DNA of 64,000 nucleotides from the human T2T-CHM13v2.0 reference genome, Homo sapiens. This document shows positions 30,941 through 44,544 of this stretch, piece by piece. The stretch is taken from the NCBI RefSeq assembly GCF_009914755.1, contig NC_060931.1. One strand, given 5' to 3'. Each line of letters opens with the position of its first letter. The stretch's first letter is position 1. The notes under the pieces were generated by a model that ran no database searches, was not told the origin of the DNA, and saw nothing but the letters and a program-made list of their open reading frames with translations. A program made the translations under genes and the position numbers.

Positions 30941-30993
30941 TTAACTCAATCTTGATGGACAAGGTCTGGCTCTGCCCTTAAGTTATACTAATA

Positions 30994-31371
30994 CAAGCTG
31001 AGCACGTTTTATCCAAAATATTTGGGACAAGAAGTGTTTCATATTTCTGATTTTTTCAGATTTTTACATGTACATTTTCAGAATATTTACATGTACATAC
31101 TGAGATGTCTTGAAGATGAGGCCCAACTCTAAACAGAATTCATTTATAATTTCATATTCACCTTATACACATAGCCTGAAGTCACTTTTATACAATATTT
31201 TAAATAAATAATTTTGTGCATGAAACAAAGTTTTTGTACATTGAACCACCAGAAAACAAATGTATCAGGTATGAGCTTTTCTACTTGTGGCATCATGTTT
31301 GCACTCAAAAAGTTTCAGATCAGGGTGCATTTCAGATTTCAGGTTTTCTTTAATTAGGGATGCTCAACCTG
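30994..31371. mobile_element. Tigger4b (MER46/Zombi) non-autonomous DNA transposon
   Basis: TIRs caagctgagca / tgctcaacctg flanked by TA; internal 'tatacacatagcctgaag' and 'cactcaaaaagtttcagat'. Confidence 0.85.
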
Positions 31372-32979
31372 TATACTGTATTATGTGAAATTTTGTCAAG
31401 AAAAATAAATCAACTACGTTAATAGCCAGACAAAATCTATATTTTTAGAAAGAAAATATTTGCAAAGGAAATCTAACATAATTAAAGACTAACATTAATA
31501 AAATATAATTTCTGAACCTGAATAAGCTACTTTCTGTAAGTTCTTGACAATTCAGCAAGTAGGCTTATTCCCTCCAAGGTGTAAATAAGAGGCTTCTCCC
31601 AATACAGTCCAAGTTTTATTTTGTTTTTGTTGCATTCATTTTCATTAATCGAAATAATTTTTTAAATGTGCAGATTGGAAGAATAAGTGCTTTTTTAAAT
31701 CTTCCACAGCATTCAAACCCTCTTATTTCTAGTTTTCCTTAGTAAAAATGAGTTCTATGTCAACATAACAGGATTTTTTAGCTCAGGACTGAGCCACAGT
31801 TGGGCAATGATGTAATTGCACCATGCTCAAAACAAGTTAACTCTGAAAGCCATTTGAGCCCCATTCATCTTGAAACCTGATTCTCAATTTTGGCTTGCCA
31901 CTAGTACCTCTTTTGCTTACTGCCAGAGCCTGTTGTCAGCTAGAATTTTAGATAGAGATTATAGCTCAAAGAAAGGGAGAGCTGTGTAACCACTATATTG
32001 TACTTGGACCACAGAGGTAATTAATTACCTTTTCATCTGAGAATTTCAAAGAAGCATACTAATTGTTTAATGAAGCTTCAGGGTTCCCCAGGGAGATGTG
32101 AACTTGGGTTATATGCCTTTGAATGCTGTTGATGGGTCACTATCAGGATTCACTGTTTTACTTCAGTCTAACACTTGCATTGAGTATTGAGGATCTCTAC
32201 AAATCAGCACTGCCACTCATAAACCATACAAGAAATTAAAACATGAATTCCAAGCCTGAACAGGACCTGTGTTTTAAGTATTACGGATAAAATACAAAAT
32301 TACTAAAAAACTACTGAAAAACTGTATTTGATACTTCTCCATCTAATAAGAAATTATCTTCTTATTGTGCCCACTGCCACTTTCAAAAGATGAGTGACGA
32401 CATCAAGAATCAACAAAAGACCATTTGCTTGTTCCTAACTCAATTATTAAATGGTCCGTTACAAGGTGGCCTTTTATTCTCTTGCAGCAGGTGTTTCACA
32501 CTCAAATAATGAGCCTTATGATGTAGGCACTGCATCCTTAGTTCCAACTAAAACCTAGACTCCCACCCAATTGGGCAGAAGTGAATATGATAATTGACTG
32601 GTGACTCAGAGAGGACAAAGGACATTTGTGACTCATCCATGACTTAATGATGAGCCTCTTATAGCCCATCAACTATTTTAGCAATTTTAAAAGAACAGTC
32701 TACCAAAGTGTACTCCTGCTGGTATTGACATGACAATTCAACTAGTAAAAGAAAGATTTTGACTATTTGTGTAAACCCCAAAATATCTGAATGAAAAGGA
32801 AAACATTCAGCCATTAATAACTTTGGTCTTCTATGGAGAAAGTATCTAGATAAAATGTGTTTCTTCATCTAAGTGTTGAGACATTGCAAGGTACTTCTTT
32901 TCAGAACAAAAGGTTACCTGTAATGTTATTAGGCTGGGATGTCGAATTTTTATGAAAAAACTCTTATTAAACTATGTAA

Positions 32980-33312
<333 letters not shown>

Positions 33313-33374
33313 TGTAAATGCTACTTTTTAAAGAAAACTTAAGGCCAGTGACTTAGATGCTTACAAAATTTCTG

Positions 33375-36150
33375 CAGGAGGAGGAATAGAACAAGAGGGC
33401 AGAATAGAGCCCTTTAGCAATTTTCTTCCTGTAGGAACAACAGATTAAACAATCCATGAAAGCAAGTACCTTTACAGGCCCCCCCCCCCAAATCAAGTGA
33501 GCTATTACAGTACCTGGTTTCAACATAATATCAAGGAAAAAGGAATTACAGAAGGTAGAAAGGACAGTCTTGTATTGCCTGTATCCCTCTTCTTCCAGCC
33601 TTAGGCAGCTCAGCACAGAGAAAATCTGTGTGCTTTGGAGAGGGAGACAGAAGTGAGTGTGAAACTTTGCATTGGGATTCAGTGCTGCCCTGTCAAAGTG
33701 GAATACTGCAGAGGGTAGAGTTCTGCCAATGCTCATGGAAGGAGTATTTAGACCAGTCCTGTGCCAGAGGGAAATTCCCCACCTTAGCTGGAGGAACCCA
33801 AGTCTGAGCTGGCTTTACCACCAGCTGATGAAAATGACCTGGGGACTGGAATAAATTTGAATGGCAGTCAGGTCACAAAGAATGCAATCCTAAGCCAAGC
33901 CCTGGTGCTGCACTCATCTCAGAGACAGTGGACTTTGGTGGTTACCCAATGCAACACCAGTTGTGGCAGCCAGTGGAGTAACTGTGTCGCCTATCCCCCA
34001 ATTCCACACAGTGTAACTCTGGGAGAGACTCCTTCTGCTGGGGGCAAGAAGAGGGAAGAGTAAAGAAAACTGTGTCTTATAACTTGGGTACCAGCTCAGC
34101 CACAGTCAAATAAAGCACCAAGCAGATTCCTGAAGCCCCAAATTTCAGGTCTTTGCTCCTGGATGGTATTTCTAGGTCCACCTTGGATCAGAAGGGAATC
34201 CACTGCCCTGACGGGACAAACATAGTTCTGGAAGAATTCATCACTGCTGAGTAAAGTGGTCTTGGGCTTTGAATAAATATCAGTGGTAGCCAGGCAGTAG
34301 TGGACACAGGTCTTGTACAAACTCCAGTACTGTGTTGGTCTGCAAGGCCTCAAGTGCAACCTTGTGCAGTGCCAGCTATAGTGACCACAAGAGTGCCTTT
34401 GTCACCCATCCTCCATCTTAATTTATTCATTGACCCAGTGGTCATTCAGAAAAAAATATTGTTTAAAATCTATGTGTTTGTACAGTTTTCAAAGCCTCTG
34501 TTATTGAATTCTAGTTTTATTGCTTTGTTGTTGGGGAAAATAATTGATATGATTTAAATAATTATTTTTTAAAAATGGAGACTTGTTTTGTGTCCTAATG
34601 TGTGATCTGCCTTTGAGACTACTCCATCCATGACCTGAAGAAAATAACATGTACTCTGTAGCTGTTGGATGAAATGTTCTATAAATATCTATTAGGTCCA
34701 TTTCTTCTATGTACAGATTAAGTCTGATGTTTCTTTTTTGACTTTCTCTCTACGTGATTCACAATAGCCAAGATTTGGAAGCAACCTAAGTGTCCATCTA
34801 CAGATGACTGGATAAAGGGAATGCGGTACATATACACAATGGAGTCATAAATTCAGTCATAAAATTAATGAAATCCTGTCATTTGAAACAACATGAATGG
34901 AATTGGAAGACATTATGTTAAGTGAAATAAGGCAGACACAGGAAGAACAACTTTACATATTCTCATTCATTTGTGGGATCTACAAAATAAAACAATTGAA
35001 CTCATGGAGACAGAGGTAGACTGATAGTTACCAGAAGGTAGTAAGGGACGGAATCAGTGGGGATGGTTAATGGGTACAAAAGTGTACTTAGATACGACGT
35101 ATAAGATCTAATATTTCATAGCAGAACAGAGTTAACACAGTCAACAGTTTATTGCACGTTTAAAAATAAATAAAAGAGTAAAATTTGAATGTTTTAACAT
35201 GAATAAATGATAAATACTTGAGGGGATGGATATCCCATTTATCCTGATACGATTATTATTCATGATATGCCTGTATAAAAATATCATCCTGGCTAAGATG
35301 GCTTTCATGCAAAGACAGGCAATAATAAATGCTGGCAAGCATGTGGAGGAAAAGAAATCCTCACACGCAGTTGGTAGGAATATATTTTACTGCAACTACT
35401 ACGGAGAATAGTATAGAGGTTTCTCAAAAATCTAAAAACAGAACTACCATATATGATCCAGTAAACCCACCTATAGGGTATATATTCAAAAGAAAAAAAA
35501 AATCGGTATATAGAAGGGATGTCTGCACTTTCATGTTTATTACAAGATTATTCATAATAGCCAAGATATGGAGTTAACCTAAGTGTTTATTAGCAAATGA
35601 ATGGATACAGAAAATGTGGTAGATATATAGATATATCTATATATCTATAGATATATAGATATATAGATATACATACAATGGAATATTATTCGGTCACAAA
35701 AATAGAATGAAATCCTCTAATTTGCAACAACACGGATAGAACTGGAGGACATTATGTTAACTGAAATAAACCAGACACAGAAAGAGAAATATTGCATATT
35801 CTCATTCTTATGTGAAAGGAGAGAGTAGAATATGGCTACCAGAGGCTGGAAAGGGTAGTGGGGAGGGAGGAAAAAAGCGGGGAGTGTTAATGGGAACAAA
35901 AGTACAGTTATAAAAGGAATAAGAGCTAGTGCTCAAAAACAGAATAGGAAGACTACAGTTAACAATAATTCATTTCATATTTCAAAAAACTAAAGGAGTG
36001 AAATGTTGTTAATATAAAGAAATAATAAATGCTTGAGGTCCCGTATACCCCAAATTACCCTGATTTGGTCATTACATACTGTAGCTTTGTACCTATAAAT
36101 ATCACATGTACCCCATAAATATGGGCAGTTACTCTGCATCCATAATGATG
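33375..36150 (+). mobile_element. Composite L1MA: 5' UTR (+), endonuclease fragment (-), two successive 3' ends (+)
   Basis: 5' UTR 33375-34412; inverted EN piece 34413-34756 (ORF 'MDLIDIYRTFHPTATEY'); 3' end A 34757-35285; 3' end B 35286-36150. Confidence 0.8.
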
Positions 36151-36242
36151 TTTAAAATTATTTCTAGTTCCTAAAATATGACAGCACAAAATTCCTCTGG
36201 GTTATCTTAACATATTGCTTAGATAATATATGGTATCACAAC

Positions 36243-36553
36243 AAAAGGAGGAGGAGGAGAAGAAAAGAAGCAAGGAGGAGGAGGAGAAGGAGGAGGGGGA
36301 GGAGAAGGAGAAAGAAAGAGAAGGAGAGGGAGAAGAAGAAGAAGAAGAAGAAGAAGAAGCAGAATAAGCAGAAGCAGAAGAAGAAGAAGAAGGAAGAGGG
36401 GGAGGAGGAGGAGGAGGGGGAGGGGGAGGGGGAGGGGAGGGGGGAGGGGGAGGATGAGGGGGAGGGGGAGGAAGAGGGGGAGGAGGAGGAAGAGGAGGAG
36501 GGGAGAAGAGAAGGAGGAGGAGGAGGAAGGGAAGAAGGAGGAAGAAGAGAAAA
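36243..36553 (+). repeat. Compound polypurine repeat (GGA/GAA/GGGGGA)n
   Basis: About 310 bp, almost exclusively A/G. Confidence 0.95.
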
Positions 36554-37844
36554 CTCACCTAAGAGACTGAATACACAATGACCAAATGTACTCTGAGACA
36601 AAATGACCAAAACAAACAAACAAACAAAACCACAGGCACTTTCCAGTAAAAAGGATGGCAGCTGAAGAGAGAAACAAAAAATTAAAACAGAGGGAAAAAG
36701 ACGTGGGGTAAATGTTTCTCATATTCATTCAGAAATGTATAATTTGGTCTCATTGAGAAACTTCCAAAATGTTTTCAAAGTGTTTTTATAGAGTTTTGGT
36801 TTCTCTTTTTTCTTCAGAGCAGAAAATATAAGCTTAAAAAGGAAACTTAACAAGTAATTTCTCTGTACTGAGAAACTTGGAAATTATTAAGGACAGATTT
36901 TGTGTTTCTGTAAAAAAAAAAAGTGGACTGACATATATAAAATCACTAAGATAAAGCAACACATATAAGGCTCAGCTCACGAAATAAAAATATCAAAAAT
37001 TTAAAAACGTAGACTGTGAATTAATTTAAGACACTTAGCTTAATTTAACTAAAGACACTTGGCTTAACTTAAATAAAGGATATCTCTGTGGCAAAGATTC
37101 TGAAGTGAATTTCAAGGATCTGGTAATACAACATGTTCTTGTAGCTCAGAAAAATCTAAGGATTAAGTTAGATAAACAAGAAGTTCTAACTTTACTAATT
37201 TTGTCCAATCGCCTTTTTTTTCCTATATAATGCTTCAAATAAAATTAGCTGATTTATAGTCATAAAATATTATATTCTATGAGAATTTTAGTGTGGAAGT
37301 ACTGTGCCTGTAATTATTCTTATTGTTTAAAATAATTATTATCAGAAATCTAAATTTTTATTGAGCATTAGATTTCAGATAAAAGCCAATATTACTCAAT
37401 ATATGATTATTTAACATCGATAACAAAGTTCACTTTACACCTTTTATAGAATGCTATATATGTTAAACTTTGATCCCTTCAGAAAAATTCTTAAAAATCT
37501 ATCTGGTGAAAATTTCAGATAACTTTGTATCATGCTAGGGTCATGAGAATCAAGTCATAAAAAAACAGGCAAACAACAGAGACTTTTAAATCTTTCGATT
37601 ACTTTAGTAAAGGTAATTTTTACCAGTTAATATTTTTATTTAGGTTAAGTTAAAATATTATCTGTGGCTATATGCCTAGAAAATGAAATGATAAATAGTA
37701 TAACTTATTGTAGAATATTAAAAAATTAGTAAAAGTTATATAAAATTTAAAATTTCTGTTTCATTCTAAATATTTGTTTGAAAATAAATTCCATATCTTT
37801 TTCTTACTTTAAACTTGTATTCTAATCGTATATATTTAAGATGT

Positions 37845-40800
37845 TATCTTTTTCTTATTTAAACATGTATTCTAATTGTATATATTTGAGATGTACAACA
37901 TGATGTTTTAATATATATATACATAGTGGAATGATTACTAGAGTCAAGCCAAGAAACATATCCATCATCTCACATAATTTTTTCCATGGTAGAAGCATCT
38001 AAAATCTACTTTTCTAGCAAATTTCTGGTATACAATACAATATTATTAACTGTAGTCCTCATCCAATACATAAGACTTATTCATTTTATATAATTGCAAC
38101 ATGGTACTCTGACTTATATCTATTTTCCCCATGTTCCCACCACCAGAAATCAGTATTTTACGATTGTTTCTATAATACACATTTAACTAATTTAAAACTC
38201 TACATATAATTGAGATCATGCTTTAGTTTTCTTTCTGTGTCTTGCTTATTTCACTTAGCACAATGTTTTCCAGATTTATCCATTCTGTTGAAAATGGCAA
38301 AATCACCTTTTTTAAGGCTAAATTTTATTTTTTAATAAATTACTATTTTTTAATTCATTCATCTAGTGGCAGAAACTGAGGTTTTTCCATAGCTTGGCTA
38401 TGGGGATTAATGGCTCAATGAACATAGATGCACAAATACAAGGTACTGATTTCATTTTCTTTGGATTTATACACAGAAGAGAAATTGTTGGGTCACATGG
38501 TAATTATAGATTTAATTTTTGAAGAAGCCCCCAATTTTCTATAATGACTGTATCAACTTACATACCCAACAACAGTGTACAAGCATCCCCATTTTTCCAC
38601 CACCTCACCACCACTTATTGTCTCTTCTCTTTTTTATAATAGTCATCCTAATAGATTTGAGGTGATATTTCATTGTTGTTTTGATTTGCATTTCTCTTGT
38701 GATAACAGAAATTGAGCACCTTTTTAAATACCTGTTTGTCATTTGTAAATCTTGAGGAATAGATATTTCTCAAATGAAAACATACAAAATGTCAGTTCCT
38801 TTGCCCATTTTAAAATTAAATCATTTGTTTTTTTGTAATTGAATTGTGAGAGTTTGTTATATATTTTGGAAGGTAACTCTATTAGATATATGGTTCACAA
38901 ATATTTTCACTCAATCTCTGGGATGCTTTTTTGTTTTGCTCATTGTTAATTTTGCTGTACAAAAGCCTTTAAATTTAATGTAGTCTACTTGTTCAGTTTT
39001 GTTTTTGTTGCTTGTACTTTGGTGATCATATAAAAAATCATTGCTGAGATCAATGTTGTCAAGCATATGCCCTATATTTTCATCTAGGTGTCTCATGTTT
39101 AGGTCTGTCATGTATTTTAAATTTATTTTTACACATACGGTCCAATTTCATTCTTTTGCATGTGGATAACCAGTTTTCTCTTCAGCAGTTATTTAAGAGA
39201 TTCTTCTTTCCTCATTTTTTTTTTTCATAGTGCCCTTGTTGAAAATTAGTTGATCATACATGCTTGGGATTATTTCTGGGCTTTATTCTGTTCCACTGGT
39301 CGGCATTTTCATGCCAGAGACATACTATTTTGGTTCCTATGGCTTCGTAGTATCTTTTGAAATCAGGAAGCGTGGTGCCTCTCGTTTTATTCTTTGTCTT
39401 AAGATTGCTCTGACAATTCAGGAACTTTTGTGGTATTATACAAATTTTAAGATGTTTTTTCTATTTCTGTGAAAACTGTCCTTTCAATTTTGATAGGTAT
39501 TAAACTAAATATATAAGTTACATTGGGTAGTATGAACATTTCAACAATATTAATTTGTTCAGTCCATGAGCACTGAATATCATTTTGTTTCTTCTTCATT
39601 TTATCAATATTTTATAGATTGCAGTGTACAAATTTTTTATCTCCTTAGTTAAATGTACTGTTAAATATTTTACTCTTTTTGATGCTATTATAAAAGAGAT
39701 TGCTTTCTTAATTTTTTTTTGGATAGTTATTATTTAGGTGAAGAAGTGCAAATAATTGTTGTATTTTAAGTTTGTATCCTGCAGTGTTTCTGAGTTCATT
39801 TATTAGTTCTAACATTTTTTGTGTGATCTTTAGAATTTCTACATGAAAGATCATATGATCTACAAACAGGGATAATTTTACTTCTTTTTTTCCAATTTTG
39901 ATGCCTTTCTTCTTTTCTTGTCTGATCACTCCTGCTGGTACTTCCAGTATAATGTTAAGTACAAGCGACAAGAGTAGGCTGTGGTTATTTATAGTACCTT
40001 TTTACACTAGTTATCAGTTATCAGTGATCTACACACCACTACTACAGCAGTAGAGTATACTCAAGTTGATTATATATTTACCTGTACCAGTGAATTTAAA
40101 CTTTCATATGGTTTTATGTTACTAATTCTCCACCTTTTGTTTATGCTTAAAGAACTCCCTTTAGTATTTATTGTAAGGCAAGTCTAGTGGTGATGATCTC
40201 CCTCAGCTTTTGCTTATCTGTTACTGTCTTTATCTCTCCTTCATCTTCAAAGAATAGTTTGTTTGTTGTAATATTCTTAATAATTTTTGTTGCTTTTTCC
40301 AACTCTTTGAGTTCCAGTCTCTCCTGTCCTGCAAAGTTTTGCTGAGAAAACTTCTTTAACCGTATCAAAGTTCCCTTGTCTGTAATATGCTTTTTCAATA
40401 TTGTTGCTTACAAAATATTTTCTTTGCCTTTGATTTTTGACAGTTTGATTAAAATGTATCTTGGGGAACTCTTCTTTGGATTGAATCTGATTGGAGATCT
40501 TTTAGTTTCATGAATCTGGATATTCATATTTTTTCTCAGACTTTGGAATTTTTAAGGCGTTATTTCTTTTAAAAAAGCATTTTACACGTGTCTCTATTTT
40601 TCTCTCTCTTCTTCAGAAACTCCTAGTATGCAAAACTTAGCTGTCTTAATGGCTTAATGGTATCCCACAGATTCTGTAGGCTTTTTTCATTCTTTGTCAT
40701 TTTTTCCTGTTTTTTTCTCCTCTGACAAAATGATTTGTTTTCAAGTTCACTTATGCTTTCTTCTACGTAGTACAGTCTGTTCTTGAAGCTCTCTGTTTGC

Positions 40801-42095
40801 ATTTATTTTACTCATTGTATTCTGTAGCTCTGAATTTTCTGGGGTGCTTTTGTATTCTAACTCTTTGTTGACATTCTTGTTTGTTCCTGTATTTTTTCCC
40901 AGAATTCATCAAAAAATTTACTCTGGATAATCTTATAGTTCACTGAGCTTCTTTAAACAATTCTTTCTAATTGTCGGGCAATTTATGGAACTCCAATTCT
41001 TTGAGGCCAGTTATTGAAAAATTATTTTCTTCCTGTAGTGATGTCATGTTTCCCTGATTTTTTGTGATACTTGTCACCCTGAAAAGGTGCTCATTTGAAA
41101 AACGTAGTCACATTTTCCAGGCAGTATATATTAGTTTTGGTAATAAAAAGCCTTCATCTGGTACCAGGGGAAATGGGTCACTCTGGGGCACACTGTGGCC
41201 ACAGATCTAGTGGTGTAGGTTGCCAAGTTTGTGGGTCTGTGGTGACTCCAGGTCCAGCTGGACATGGTGTCATATTGAGTTAGACAACTGAAATCTGGGA
41301 TGTCAACAACTGTGTGATCCTTGGTGGTGAGGGCTGTAGGAGGTCCACAGTGGCCATAAGGGCTCTTAGTGTCCTTAGCAACAACTTGGGTTCAGCAGCA
41401 AGGTGCTGGGGCAGGAAGTGAGGGGAGCCAGAACTTGTGTGTACACATTCTGCTGCAGATGTTGGCTGACAGCACATGCGTAGCAGCAGAGTGCCAGCTG
41501 CAGCCTTGTGCATGGTGGTACGGTACAGAATTAGAGGCAGGGGCTGGAGTAAACTGTGGTGCGTGAGTTTTGTTGGAGGCTGGTAGTATGCATGTGCACA
41601 ATTGCAAAGTCAACTGTAGGCTGGCAACAGGGGTCAGACCAGCTATGTGTTTGTAGGTTTCTGAGGGCATGAACTGGAGTTGTATATGCACATTCAACTA
41701 TAGGAACCAGCTATGACTTTCAGCAAACATTAGGCGGTAGAGTTGGCTGCTTTTGCACATGCAGCTATGGAGGCTGGTGTTAGTGGCATGAACGAGCCTA
41801 CATACAGGTGTTAGCTATTGGTGCATGGCAATGGGGCAAGAGCTTACACTGGGAAATCCCAGGTCATTTGCATGCACATGCACAGTGGCTATGCTGGGTC
41901 CCTAGGCCAAAGCACCCATAGCAGCAGCATGTTGGATGGCTCTGGGGAAAGAAAAGGGAGAAGGGTGGTTGCTGTTCTTTCTCAAGTGAACATTGAGCTC
42001 TTTCAGAGTTATTTTCATTCATAAATAGCTACCAAATTCTTGTTCTTTGTGGGAAAAAGCAATGCTGGGACCTCCTACTCTACCATCTTGCTGAA
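37845..42095 (-). mobile_element. L1MA (L1MA9-like) retaining both ends, with a large internal ORF2 deletion
   Basis: 3' end at ~37850; RT remnant 'SLFVDHMIFHVE'; jump at ~39980 to inter-ORF/ORF1 ('DKQKLREIITTRLALQ'); GC-richer repetitive 5' UTR 41150-42095 ending 'ctaccatcttg'. Confidence 0.8.
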
Positions 42096-42434
42096 ATTGT
42101 ACCTTCATTAATGATTCTTTTCAGTATCAAAGCTTTTTCTTCTTCATATGCCAGGCTTATCATATTGATTCATAATGTTTTCTGAACAAAGAATTATTCC
42201 AAGTTGTTTTATGTATTGTTCTTAATTGTAGAACTTTTTCAGAACCACTGCACAATTGCTTTGGCTTTGGGGTATCTGAATATATTGAAGAGAGTAATTT
42301 TAATGAATCATCTGTTTTAGCAGGACACTGGTCAAATATCACCCACAAGAGAATGTTAACATATTTAATCACACTAGTCAAATTCTACGTACCCAGTTTT
42401 GATAAACAGCTTTGAGTGGGGAAGACAAAGAAAA

Positions 42435-42660
42435 TTAACATTTATTGAGTACATGAACTCTGATAGATATTAATTGACACAACTAACCTAGAACATAAAT
42501 ATTACTATCCTCATTTTATGGGTGAGGAAACCGAGGCTCAGAGAACTTTAATTATTGGGTTAAGGTTAGACTTTAAGTTTAGATACTTAGAAAGTAACAT
42601 AATTGAGAATTCTCTTTAGGGGTTCCTGTCTCTAAAACCTATTGATGTTCTTTCTCTTCA
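42435..42660 (-). mobile_element. MIR
   Basis: 'atcctcattttatgggtgaggaaaccgaggctcagaga'. Confidence 0.8.
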
Positions 42661-43142
42661 AACATACTGCATCTAACACCGTTTCTAATCTAGCAGAGTT
42701 GAATTGTTTTCTAATCTAAAAAAAGTTGGATGTATTAGTTTATATTCTAAAATGTTGTGGCACTGTTCATTTGTGTCTGTTGTAAAGAGCTACTAATGTG
42801 GCCTCTTTTGGGCTCTATGATTAGCTGAGAGATTTCTACAGGTCCCCCCACCTTCCTCTTCTTTTTTGAATATCACTATAATTGAATTTTGATATTTCCA
42901 TCTTGAAAGTCACCCAAAGAGGCCTCTAAAAGATGACTCTGGTGCACCCCCTTTGCAAATATGATTAACTTGGGCTATGCCATCTGACAGGGTTAGCCCC
43001 AGTGTTCATCAAGGCGTTTCTTCTGAAACTTCCCCTGGCTCATCTCTCCATGTCCACGTCACTCCCAATATCCAATCATTTGTCAAGCACTAATGTGATA
43101 GTAGCCATAGGAGAGGAAAAAGGTGGATGGATTTGAAAGGTT

Positions 43143-43475
<333 letters not shown>

Positions 43476-43639
43476 CTAGTCCAGCTGTGTGGAATACAGT
43501 AACATTGTCTTTTGCCTCCTCTCATGTCTCTGCATAAACATAACTGGGCTACAGGACCAGTTAGGTGCTCCCTAAAAATATTATCATTGTGCCTTCCATT
43601 TTTCCTTGTAGCATTTCCCATATATTTTCATAAATAGTT

Positions 43640-43790
43640 GTAGGTACACAATCTGTTTAGTGTCTATCTTCCTAATGGATTCAATATTCATAAGGGAAGG
43701 CAAATGAATTTTGCCTTGTGGAACACTATTCTATTCCAGTATATAACATATTACCTGACACATACTAGGAACTAAAAAAAATTTGTTGAA
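43640..43790 (+). mobile_element. L2 3' end
   Basis: 'cctgacacatactaggaactaaaaaaaatttgttgaa'. Confidence 0.6.
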
Positions 43791-43802
43791 AAACAAACAA
43801 TT

Positions 43803-43917
43803 CTGTAGTCCCAGCTACTCGGGAGGCTGAGGCAGGAGAATGGAGCCGAGATCGCACAACCGCACTCCAGCATGGGCGACAGAACAAGACTCCGTCTCAA
43901 AAAGATAAAAAAGAAAA
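43803..43917 (+). mobile_element. 5'-truncated, internally deleted AluY-like right arm
   Basis: 15-bp TSD gaaaaacaaacaatt at 43788-43802 and 43918-43932. Confidence 0.9.
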
Positions 43918-44172
43918 GAAAAACAAACAATTGATTGTTAGAATCTAAATATTTCCCCTGCTATCAAATTGATTTAGTAAATTTTAACTTTTGATTTTCT
44001 ATAATAGTTATGAAGTATTCCTAATTTATCTTCTAAGAGTATTCTATTTCCTGTCTATGATCTCTGCTTATGTGCAAAATTCTTTAATTGTTTGTTTGTT
44101 TTTCTTTTTGTCTCTCTTTTAGGGGCATTATGTAGATTGTCTCCAAGTTTACATTAAAGCTTGCTGTTTTGA

Positions 44173-44544
<372 letters not shown>

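Noticed and set aside
36202-36619. Proline/serine-rich ORFs
   Set aside because: They are translations of the polypurine simple repeat.
37020-37078. Short degenerate tandem duplication (also at ~25237, ~26014, ~31060 and ~40646)
   Set aside because: Ordinary slippage products with no evident function.
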